DNA of 32,000 nt from NCBI GenBank assembly GCA_023818895.1, contig JAMWCX010000003.1:270001-302000 (forward strand). Direction: 5' to 3'. The translations under genes and the position numbers were made by a program. The notes beneath the pieces were generated by a model that ran no database searches, was not told the DNA's origin, and worked only from the letters and a program-made list of their open reading frames with translations. The DNA is from Candidatus Omnitrophota bacterium. Its GTDB lineage: Bacteria; Omnitrophota; Gorgyraeia; 2-01-FULL-45-10. Positions 18,903 through 25,467 of the stretch are shown piece after piece. Within the stretch, counting starts at the first letter, position 1. Every line of letters begins with the position of its first letter.

Positions 18903-19742
18903 ATGAGCAATATCATAAGAACCAAAAACGCCAAAGATAAAATACGAAAAAACAGCGTCTTGCGTCCAGAAAGCGCGCCTTCGGCGCAGGCGTTAAAGTC
19001 TGATACACAACCGGCTGTCGTTTTTTGCCGGCCCGCCAGTCTGCGCGATATCGAGACTCATTACTGCGCAGGGTGCGGTCACGGGATCATTCATCGCCTC
19101 ATCTGTGAGGTAATTGACGAATTGAATATAAGGGAGAAGACAATTGCTGTAGCGCCGGTTGGCTGCGCCGTGATAGCTTACGATTATTGGGATTTTGATG
19201 TGAGCGAAGCCGCTCACGGCAGGACACCCGCGGTTGCCACTGGCATAAAGAGGGTTAGGCCAGACAACATTGTTTTCACCTATCAGGGAGACGGCGACCT
19301 TGCCGCCATAGGAACGGCAGAAATAGTCCACGCGGCTAACCGCGGAGAGAATATCACCGTCATATTTGTAAATAACGGCGTTTATGGCATGACGGGAGGG
19401 CAGATGGCGCCTACAACGCTTGCCGGCCAAAAAACAGCCACAACTCTGCAAGGTAGAAGTCTGCGGCGTGAAGGCTATCCTCTCAAGGTTCTTGAGATGC
19501 TGGCCGTGCTACCTGGAACAAAGTATCTGGAGCGTGTAGCTGTTAATTCAGCACAAGAAGTGATGCGCGCAAGGCGCGCTATACGCAAGGCGTTTGTCAC
19601 ACAGATGCAGGGGAAAGGTTTTTCAATGGTTGAGGTGCTTTCTATGTGTCCTACATATTGGGGTATGACGCCCATACAAGCCGCTGAGCGGATAAAAAAC
19701 GATGTCGCGACATTTTACCCTCTCGGTTTGGTGAAGGGATAG
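18903..19742 (+). CDS. korB: 2-oxoacid:ferredoxin oxidoreductase beta subunit (TPP-binding)
   Basis: HYCAGCGHG motif and TPP-binding GDGDLAAIG...[11 protein letters not shown]. About 35 aa of low-complexity N-terminal extension. Confidence 0.88.
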   Translation: MSNIIRTKNAKDKIRKNSVLRPESAPSAQALKSDTQPAVVFCRPASLRDIETHYCAGCGHGIIHRLICEVIDELNIREKTIAVAPVGCAVIAYDYWDFDVSEAAHGRTPAVATGIKRVRPDNIVFTYQGDGDLAAIGTAEIVHAANRGENITVIFVNNGVYGMTGGQMAPTTLAGQKTATTLQGRSLRREGYPLKVLEMLAVLPGTKYLERVAVNSAQEVMRARRAIRKAFVTQMQGKGFSMVEVLSMCPTYWGMTPIQAAERIKNDVATFYPLGLVKG

Positions 19743-19746
19743 TTCG

Positions 19747-20301
19747 GTGGTTGTGAAGAAAATATCCAAAAGCGGATGCGAAGGGATTCTGTGCGCCGGA
19801 TTCGGCGGTCAGGGCATAATGTTTATGGGGAAGCTTCTTGCCGAAGCTGGGCTTCTTGCGGGAAAACGTGTGACATGGATGCCTTCCTATGGTGCCGAAG
19901 TAAGAGGTGGCACCGCATATTCAATGACTAAGATATCTAAGGAGGCGATAGCAAGTCCCATAGTTACAAGTCCGGATGTCTTGATAGCGATGAATAAGCC
20001 GTCGCTTGTGAAATATGAGGCAAATGTCAGGCCCGGTGGTCTGCTGATATACAACAAAACGCTCGTGGATGTTTTGCCTAAGAGAAAAGACGTAAAGATA
20101 ATCGGTGTGCCAATGACGGAACTTGCTTCAAAACTAGGCAATACCAGATGCGCGAACATGATAGCTCTCGGCGTGTTTCTAAAAAGGTCAAAAGCCGTCT
20201 CGATTAGATACGCTGTAAACGCCCTTAAAGCTGCCCTCAAGAATAGGGAAGATCTTTTTGCTCTTAATAAAAAAGCGCTTGAGAAAGGGTACAGTCTGTG
20301 A
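19747..20301 (+). CDS. korC: 2-oxoacid:ferredoxin oxidoreductase gamma subunit
   Basis: GTG start. ILCAGFGGQGIMFMGKLLA and SYGAEVRGG motifs typical of gamma subunits. Confidence 0.85.
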   Translation: MVVKKISKSGCEGILCAGFGGQGIMFMGKLLAEAGLLAGKRVTWMPSYGAEVRGGTAYSMTKISKEAIASPIVTSPDVLIAMNKPSLVKYEANVRPGGLLIYNKTLVDVLPKRKDVKIIGVPMTELASKLGNTRCANMIALGVFLKRSKAVSIRYAVNALKAALKNREDLFALNKKALEKGYSL

Positions 20302-20302
20302 T

Positions 20303-21583
20303 ATGGTCCGTGTAAGATTTGCCCCCAGCCCTACCGGTTATCTCCATATCGGGAGCGCAAGGACCGCGCTCTTCAACTGGCTCTACGCCCGCCATTACGG
20401 CGGTAAATTCCTTTTGCGCATAGAAGATACCGATAAGACCCGTTCAGAAAAGAAGTACCTCGATGAGATATTGACCGACCTGCGCTGGCTCGGTCTGGAC
20501 TGGGACGAGGAGCCGATATATCAGTCAGAGCGTTTCGACGTCTATCGTGCCTCCGCTGAGGAACTCGTAAGGTCGGGCAAGGCCTATCGCGAGGGAGAGG
20601 CTTATATATTCAGGATCGAAAAAGGTAGAACCATTACCTTCGATGACATGATCCACGGCAAGGTCTCCGTGAACACTGATGATATCAAGGACCAGGTTCT
20701 TATAAAATCGGACGGCTCTCCCGCATACAATTTCTGCTGTGTTATAGACGACGCATTCCTCAATATAACCCATATAATTCGCGGGGACGATCATATTTCA
20801 AATACCCCAAAGCAGATACTTTTCTACGAAGCGCTGGGGCTACAAAGCCCGCAGTTCGGGCATATGCCGCTTATCATGGGCCAGGATGGAGCAAAGCTAT
20901 CCAAGCGGCATGGCGGAGTGGCTGTAGAAGAATATAAGCGTCAGGGTTTCCTGCCGGAGTCGTTGGTGAACTATCTGCTTCTTCTCGGATGGTCGCCAGG
21001 TGACGACCGGCAGATAATTTCGCTTTCAGAAGCCGTAAAAATTTTTGATATAAAGGATATGAGAGGCGTTCAGGCGAAATTCGATTTGCAGAAATTGCGC
21101 TGGATGAACGGTGAGTATATAGCAGCGAAAAAGACTTCGGAGCTTCTTCCGCTCATTAAAAAACAGATTGCCGATGCCGCCAAAGAGATTCCGCCCGACG
21201 ACAAGCTTGCTAAAGTCATAGACCTTTACAAGGTGAGAATAAAGACGCTTTCCGAATTTATACCGATGACAGACCACTTCTTTAGTGATGTGTACACAGT
21301 CGAGGAAAAGGGCGTGGAGAAGTATTTAAAGCCCGCGGAGTCTAAAATGATCCTGCGCCAATTTGCCGATCGCATCGAGAGCTTGTCTGAATTTTCGCAT
21401 GAGAACCTTGAAAAGACATGCCGCACCCTTGCCGAGGAAAAAGGCCTCAAGACAGCCCAGATAATCCATCCGACGCGGGTCGCGATAAGCGGCAAGACAA
21501 CAGGGGCGGGGCTTTTCGAGATGATGGAGGTGCTGGGTAAAGAAAAGGTTCTGGAGCGTCTTCGGATGGCGCAGGGCGCCTAA
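20303..21583 (+). CDS. gltX: glutamate--tRNA ligase (short form, 426 aa)
   Basis: The listed ORF (20258) overlaps korC. ATG 20303 gives MVRVRFAPSPTGYLHIGSARTALFNW (HIGS) and KLSKR (KMSKS). It lacks the Cys-rich insertion between AY(K/R) and the IFRI strand (see findings). Confidence 0.93.
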   Translation: MVRVRFAPSPTGYLHIGSARTALFNWLYARHYGGKFLLRIEDTDKTRSEKKYLDEILTDLRWLGLDWDEEPIYQSERFDVYRASAEELVRSGKAYREGEAYIFRIEKGRTITFDDMIHGKVSVNTDDIKDQVLIKSDGSPAYNFCCVIDDAFLNITHIIRGDDHISNTPKQILFYEALGLQSPQFGHMPLIMGQDGAKLSKRHGGVAVEEYKRQGFLPESLVNYLLLLGWSPGDDRQIISLSEAVKIFDIKDMRGVQAKFDLQKLRWMNGEYIAAKKTSELLPLIKKQIADAAKEIPPDDKLAKVIDLYKVRIKTLSEFIPMTDHFFSDVYTVEEKGVEKYLKPAESKMILRQFADRIESLSEFSHENLEKTCRTLAEEKGLKTAQIIHPTRVAISGKTTGAGLFEMMEVLGKEKVLERLRMAQGA

Positions 21584-21592
21584 ATTTTTGGC

Positions 21593-23287
21593 ATGGAAAA
21601 GAGTATAACCACCAATTTCATACGCGATATAATCGACGAGCACATAAGAATCGGTCGTTTTGGCGGCAGAGTACATACACGTTTTCCGCCAGAGCCTAAC
21701 GGATATCTTCACATAGGCCACGCTAAGGCCATTTGCATAAGCTTCGGCATAGCGCGAGACTACAACGGCCTTTGCAACCTGCGGATGGATGACACAAACC
21801 CAGAGAAAGAGGAGTCCGAATATGTAAACGCCATAATCGAGGATGTGCGTTGGCTCGGTTTTGACTGGGGCGATCGCCTTTACTACGCTTCGGATTACTT
21901 TGAAAAGCTTTACGGGTACGCACTCGAGCTGATAAAACTCGGAAAGGCCTATGTCTGCGACCTTAACGCTGAACAGATCCGGGATTTTAGAGGCACCCTT
22001 ACCGAGCCCGGGAAGAATTCTCCGTTTCGCGACCGTTCCGTAAAGGAAAATCTCGATCTTTTTGAGCGCATGAGAAAAGGAGAATTCCCGGATGGCAGCC
22101 GCACCTTGCGCGCAAAGATAGACATGGCAAGCCCCAATATCATAATGCGAGATCCGGTTCTTTATCGCATAAAGCGGGAAAATCACCACAGGACAGCGGA
22201 TAAGTGGTGCATTTATCCAATGTACGATTTCGCCCATTGTCTTTCCGATTCGATAGAAGGTATAACCCATTCCATATGCACCCTTGAATTCGAGAATAAC
22301 AGACCGCTTTACGACTGGATACTCGACCAGTTGAAGGTCCACCATCCCCAGCAGATAGAATTCGCCAGGCTCAACCTATCGCACACAGTTCTTTCTAAGC
22401 GTAAACTTTTACAGCTGGTGCAGGATTCAAATGTAGAGGGCTGGGATGATCCGCGCATGCCTACCATATCGGGCTTAAGGCGCCGTGGCTACACGCCGTC
22501 TTCAATAAGAAATTTTTGCGACAGTATCGGCGTGTCGAAGGTAGATTCCATAGTTGATATTACCGTGCTGGAAAACACTATACGAGAGGAACTTAACAAG
22601 AGTGCGCCGCGAGCGATGGCGGTAATAAAGCCGCTCAAAGTCGTCATAACCAACTACCCCGAAGGCAAAACTGAGGAGCTGGAGGCTATAAATAATCCAG
22701 AGGATCTATCAGCCGGTACACGCAAAGTGCCTTTTTCGAGAGAGCTTTATATCGAACAGGAAGATTTTCAGGAGACCCCCCCGCCTAAATTCTTCAGGCT
22801 TTCGCCAGGTAAGGAGGTCCGGCTGAGGTACGCCTATTTCGTGAAATGCATAGGGGTCGTTAAAGACCCAAAGACGGGCCAGATCATCGAAGTCCATTGC
22901 ACCTATGACCCGGCTACGCGCGGGGGAGACGCGCCTGACGGACGCAAGGTCAAGGCTACGCTCCATTGGGTGTCCGCTCGCCATGCCATAGAGGCCGAGG
23001 TCAGACTGTATGAGCTTCTCTTTACAGCAAGAAACCCCAATGATGTGCCGGAGGGCGTAGATTTCAGATCCAATCTGAACCCCAAGTCGCTTGAGATACT
23101 TAAAGAAGCCAGGCTTGAGCCATTCCTCAAAGATGCCCCACCAGGCAGCCGTTATCAGTTTGAGAGGCTGGGGTATTTTTATCTAGATCCGGTTTTTGCA
23201 AAGGCGGGAAAAAGAGTCTTTAACCGAATAGTTACCCTTAAAGATAGTTGGGCGAAGGAGGCTAAAAAGGGCCTTGAAAAGCGTTGA
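21593..23287 (+). CDS. glnS: glutamine--tRNA ligase
   Basis: 564 aa. [17 protein letters not shown] (HIGH), VLSKRKL (KMSKS), and C-terminal beta-barrel anticodon-binding region characteristic of GlnRS. Confidence 0.95.
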   Translation: MEKSITTNFIRDIIDEHIRIGRFGGRVHTRFPPEPNGYLHIGHAKAICISFGIARDYNGLCNLRMDDTNPEKEESEYVNAIIEDVRWLGFDWGDRLYYASDYFEKLYGYALELIKLGKAYVCDLNAEQIRDFRGTLTEPGKNSPFRDRSVKENLDLFERMRKGEFPDGSRTLRAKIDMASPNIIMRDPVLYRIKRENHHRTADKWCIYPMYDFAHCLSDSIEGITHSICTLEFENNRPLYDWILDQLKVHHPQQIEFARLNLSHTVLSKRKLLQLVQDSNVEGWDDPRMPTISGLRRRGYTPSSIRNFCDSIGVSKVDSIVDITVLENTIREELNKSAPRAMAVIKPLKVVITNYPEGKTEELEAINNPEDLSAGTRKVPFSRELYIEQEDFQETPPPKFFRLSPGKEVRLRYAYFVKCIGVVKDPKTGQIIEVHCTYDPATRGGDAPDGRKVKATLHWVSARHAIEAEVRLYELLFTARNPNDVPEGVDFRSNLNPKSLEILKEARLEPFLKDAPPGSRYQFERLGYFYLDPVFAKAGKRVFNRIVTLKDSWAKEAKKGLEKR

Positions 23288-23312
23288 AAATCGGGCGCTT
23301 TTGATATAGAAT
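23284..23312 (+). promoter_or_regulatory. candidate promoter for the tRNA-Gln transcription unit
   Basis: TTGAAA (23284..23289, overlapping the glnS stop), a 17-nt spacer, then TAGAAT (23307..23312). About 100 nt upstream of tRNA-Gln. Confidence 0.4.
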
Positions 23313-23412
23313 TTAGAGGCGATTTTTCGTAATGTTTGCGCCGATATGTCCGCAATGCCTCTTCGTATATTTCTTAACGGCGTTTTGGTGTCAGAATTTA
23401 TCTCGCAAACAC

Positions 23413-23486
23413 TGACGGGTAGTGTAACGGCAGCACAGCAGACTCTGGATCTGCTTGTCTAGGTTCAAATCCTAGCCCGTCAGCCA
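23413..23486 (+). tRNA. tRNA-Gln (anticodon CUG), CCA encoded
   Basis: Manual cloverleaf. Acceptor tgacggg/cccgtca (U1-A72, G73), D stem gtgt/gcac, anticodon stem gcaga/tctgc with loop ctCTGga, T arm ctagg-ttcaaat-cctag, 3' gCCA. Confidence 0.9.
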
Positions 23487-23633
23487 ATATAAAAAATCCT
23501 CCTGTAGCTTGAGATGCTAGGATTTGAAACAAAATTTGCGCCGACCAACGGGAGGAAAAGGCCTCTGGCCGTAAGCAAATTTTGATGGTCTGAAGCCACC
23601 TCTGGCGGATGAAGACCAAATCCTAGCCAGGCA
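23487..23633 (+). ncRNA. tRNA-linked structured element, copy A (core 23516..23627)
   Basis: About 80% identical in its core to the units after tRNA-Leu. Predicted helices: P1 23516..23525/23618..23627, P2 23530..23539/23575..23584, P3 23587..23591/23613..23617. The 3' strand of P1 copies the T-loop/T-stem segment caaatcctagcc of the adjacent tRNA-Gln. A terminator follows. Confidence 0.45.
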
Positions 23634-23638
23634 ATAAT

Positions 23639-23677
23639 AAAGACTCTACAAGTACTTCTGGGGAAGTCTTTTTATTT
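23639..23677 (+). terminator. probable intrinsic terminator (may also serve the convergent DedA gene)
   Basis: Outer stem aaagact/agtcttt, inner stem acttc(23654..23658)-tggg-gaagt(23663..23667), then cTTTTTaTTT. Located between the converging tRNA-Gln unit and the minus-strand gene. Confidence 0.5.
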
Positions 23678-23685
23678 GCGAATAT

Positions 23686-24306
23686 TTATTTCAGATACTT
23701 GATCGCTAGAAAACCGCCGACGAGGAGCAGGATAAATACGATAGAGAATATATCGAAATATTTCTCGATCGTATTTTCTATCTTCTTGCCGAATATCCTC
23801 AGGGCACCTGCGACGATAAAGAACCGGCCGGCCCTGCCTATGATAGAGGCTGTCACAAGTGTTAGAAGCGGGATTCTGAAAAGTCCGGCGGCGATTGTTA
23901 TAACTTTATAAGGTATTGGCGTGAAAGCGGCGGTGAAGATCGTCAAGAACGCGTTCTCCGCGTATTTTCGACCCACAACATCCATCATCGGCTGCAGATG
24001 GTATGTGTTTACTATGAGTTTTCCCACCGTTTCATATAGGCTCCAACCTATGAAATAACCGAAAAACGCCCCTGTTACAGATCCGACCGTGCATACCGCT
24101 GCGTCAACTATCCACCTTTTTCTGTTCGCCACTACCATTGCGATAAGGAGAATATCTGGAGGGATAAGGAAGAACGAGCTTTCGATAAATGCGATGCCGA
24201 ATAGGGCATACGGAGCCTGGGGTGTCTTTGCCCAATGCAGTGTCCAGTCATATAGATATCTGAAGAAACGTATCGGCAGTATTATTATGTCCGCAACCAT
24301 CCGCAT
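23686..24306 (-). CDS. DedA/YqaA-family membrane protein
   Basis: 206 aa. FIESSFFLIPPDILLI motif, GRAGRF motif, 4-5 TM helices. The only convincing minus-strand gene in the window. Confidence 0.85.
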   Translation of the reverse strand: MRMVADIIILPIRFFRYLYDWTLHWAKTPQAPYALFGIAFIESSFFLIPPDILLIAMVVANRKRWIVDAAVCTVGSVTGAFFGYFIGWSLYETVGKLIVNTYHLQPMMDVVGRKYAENAFLTIFTAAFTPIPYKVITIAAGLFRIPLLTLVTASIIGRAGRFFIVAGALRIFGKKIENTIEKYFDIFSIVFILLLVGGFLAIKYLK

Positions 24307-24393
24307 ATTCTTTTGGGCCTTTCCTTAAAAATCGCTTTCGTATATTCTACCAATATCCTAAAGCTATGCAAGGTATTTCGGAGAGAAAACTGC

Positions 24394-24422
24394 TTGATAT
24401 TTTAAGCCTGCCTCACTATAAT
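24394..24422 (+). promoter_or_regulatory. near-consensus sigma70 promoter of the tRNA-Leu/repeat/tRNA-Glu unit
   Basis: TTGATA (24394..24399), a 17-nt spacer, then TATAAT (24417..24422). 27 nt before tRNA-Leu. Confidence 0.65.
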
Positions 24423-24449
24423 AACATGGTAAAAGTTCGCTCTTTTTAC

Positions 24450-24534
24450 GCGGAGATGGTGGAACTGGCAGACACGCATGTTTGAGGGGCATGTGCCGCA
24501 AGGCTTGGGGGTTCAAATCCCCCTCTCCGCACCA
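24450..24534 (+). tRNA. tRNA-Leu (anticodon GAG), CCA encoded
   Basis: 85 nt. Acceptor gcggaga/tctccgc, anticodon stem catgt/gcatg with loop ttGAGgg, long variable arm gcc-gcaa-ggc, T arm ggggg-ttcaaat-ccccc, aCCA. Confidence 0.9.
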
Positions 24535-24678
24535 TGTTGTTTGATAGTAGTAACGGCAGAAGGGATTTGAAGCCAATTTGCGCCGACGAACAGGAGGAAA
24601 AGTCCTCTGGACGTAAGCAAATTGGCCGGTCTGAAGCAAGCTATGCGAGCGGAAGACCAAATCCCCCTCTCCGCACCA
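24535..24678 (+). ncRNA. tRNA-linked structured element, copy B1 (core 24562..24665)
   Basis: Helices: P1 gggattt 24562..24568 / aaatccc 24659..24665; P2 ccaatttgc 24573..24581 / gcaaattgg 24617..24625; inner hairpin caggagg/cctctgg; P3 ggtct 24628..24632 / agacc 24654..24658. Lies inside a tRNA operon. Confidence 0.45.
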
Positions 24679-24822
24679 TGTTGTTTGATAGTAGTAACGG
24701 CAGAAGGGATTTGAAGCCAATTTGCGCCGACGAACAGGAGGAAAAGTCCTCTGGACGTAAGCAAATTGGCCGGTCTGAAGCAAGCTATGCGAGCGGAAGA
24801 CCAAATCCCCCTCTCCGCACCA
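24679..24822 (+). ncRNA. tRNA-linked structured element, copy B2
   Basis: Identical to copy B1, shifted by 144 nt. Followed after 7 nt by tRNA-Glu. Confidence 0.45.
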
Positions 24823-24829
24823 TAAACCT

Positions 24830-24907
24830 GGCCCCATCGTCTAGCCCGGCCTAGGACGTTAGGTTCTCAGCCTAAAGACCGGGGTTCAAATCCCCGTGGG
24901 GCTACCA
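24830..24907 (+). tRNA. tRNA-Glu (anticodon CUC), CCA encoded
   Basis: Acceptor ggcccca/tggggct, D arm gtct-agcccggccta-ggac, anticodon stem ttagg/cctaa with loop ttCTCag, T arm cgggg-ttcaaat-ccccg, aCCA. Confidence 0.9.
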
Positions 24908-25000
24908 CTTATCATAACTCAAGTTTGTAACCACGCCCAATAAGGTCGGCAAAATTCGAACCTCAGTTCAGTATCGAGCGGATGAAGCGGCTTCAGTTTA

Positions 25001-25051
25001 TTTCGAAAATCGAAAAAAAAATTTCGAAAGCACTTGACAAAACTTTCGAAA
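25001..25051 (+). promoter_or_regulatory. three phased TTTCGAAA palindromes (candidate operator array)
   Basis: Perfect 8-bp palindromes at 25001..25008, 25022..25029 and 25044..25051. Centre-to-centre spacing is 21 and 22 bp. The third lies inside the promoter spacer. Confidence 0.55.
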
Positions 25052-25062
25052 TATGATATATT
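25034..25062 (+). promoter_or_regulatory. sigma70-type promoter of the hspR-like gene
   Basis: TTGACA (25034..25039), a 17-nt spacer, then TATATT (25057..25062). GGAAGGAGGAAG RBS precedes ATG 25087. Confidence 0.6.
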
Positions 25063-25086
25063 TTTTTCGGAAGGAGGAAGAGGCGT

Positions 25087-25383
25087 ATGAAGCGCAAAAC
25101 TGTGGCAAACGAAGCGGAATCAGCAGGTATCAGCATGGACGAGCCGATAATGACCACAGGGGTGGTGTCGGGTATTCTTCATATGCCTCTATGGGTTCTC
25201 AAACAGCTCGACAAGCATAAGATAGTTTCGCCAAAACGCAGGAAAGGGATGGGCAGGCTGTATTCTCAAAGAGAATTTAACAAGTTAAAGCATATATGGT
25301 ATTTAATGAAAGTTCGCCGTGTGAAGGTTGATGGGATTAAAGTTATATTAGAGATGGAAGCAAAAGGATATAAGACGGTATAA
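25087..25383 (+). CDS. hspR: MerR-family heat-shock regulator, HspR-like
   Basis: 98 aa. The MerR HTH plus wing, GVVSGILHMPLWVLKQLDKHKIVSPKRRKGMGRLYSQREFNKLKHIWYL...GIKVILEME, aligns by eye with HspR (VAAQLSGLHPQTLRQYDRLGLVSPDR..GRRYS..D...L). Sits in front of chaperone genes. Confidence 0.75.
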   Translation: MKRKTVANEAESAGISMDEPIMTTGVVSGILHMPLWVLKQLDKHKIVSPKRRKGMGRLYSQREFNKLKHIWYLMKVRRVKVDGIKVILEMEAKGYKTV

Positions 25384-25400
25384 ATTTTTTTGAGCAGGAA

Positions 25401-25427
25401 TTAGCACTCGCATAGAAGGAGTGCTAA
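25401..25427 (+). promoter_or_regulatory. CIRCE operator (HrcA binding site), perfect consensus
   Basis: TTAGCACTC-gcatagaag-GAGTGCTAA matches TTAGCACTC-N9-GAGTGCTAA exactly. 41 nt upstream of the first hsp20 ATG. Confidence 0.9.
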
Positions 25428-25467
25428 ATAATTAGATTCAGAACAGGAACGAAAGGGGGTGTTTGTT

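Larger units (their letters stand above)
24535..24822 (+). repeat. perfect tandem duplication, 2 x 144 nt, each unit ending in the tRNA-Leu 3' terminus
   Basis: 24535..24678 and 24679..24822 read identically. The final 21 nt of each unit (caaatccccctctccgcacca) equal tRNA-Leu 24514..24534. Confidence 0.95.

Noticed and set aside
21326-22345. 339-aa minus-strand ORF antisense to the gltX end and glnS start. Similar long antisense ORFs at 16824..17663, 5536..6312, 7647..8144, 10997..11479, 11121..11756 and 9767..10291
   Set aside because: All lie fully inside strongly supported plus-strand genes and cross gene boundaries without signals. Their sequences are Ser/Arg/Leu-rich and non-globular. 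They are most simply explained by the sense-strand codon bias removing antisense stops.
23334-23343. tttgcgccga in the tRNA-Gln leader matches 10 nt of the element core (aatTTGCGCCGAc)
   Set aside because: A single 10-mer match with no surrounding similarity. Such a match is expected a few times by chance between a core of about 110 nt and a 32-kb window on two strands.
23398-23619. 73-aa minus-strand ORF
   Set aside because: It lies antisense across tRNA-Gln and the structured element. It has no RBS and its composition is not protein-like.
24628-24640. ggtCTGAAGc as a hammerhead CUGANGA core
   Set aside because: The sequence is CTGAAGC, not CUGANGA. No GAAA core strand or appropriate three-stem context around it.
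24450-24822. Repeated tRNA 3' ends as attL/attR of an integrated element, or a CRISPR-like array
   Set aside because: Only 123 nt separate successive tRNA-end copies. There is no integrase, cargo or recombinase anywhere nearby. The units are identical and contiguous (no variable spacers), so this is neither an island nor CRISPR.
24364-24854. ORFs reading through the tandem repeat (24364..24837 minus, 24513..24764 minus, 24534..24854 plus, with internally repeated peptides)
   Set aside because: The repeat period is 144 nt, exactly 48 codons, so any frame open in one unit stays open in the next. The plus-strand ATG is the A of the tRNA CCA end with no RBS. The ORFs overlap tRNA-Leu and tRNA-Glu. 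The peptide sequences are low-complexity.
24982-25003. Hairpin tgaag-cgg-cttca followed by gtttattt as the terminator of the tRNA operon
   Set aside because: Only 5 bp with a 3-nt loop and an interrupted T tract. Too weak to call. Read-through into the hspR-like promoter region cannot be excluded.
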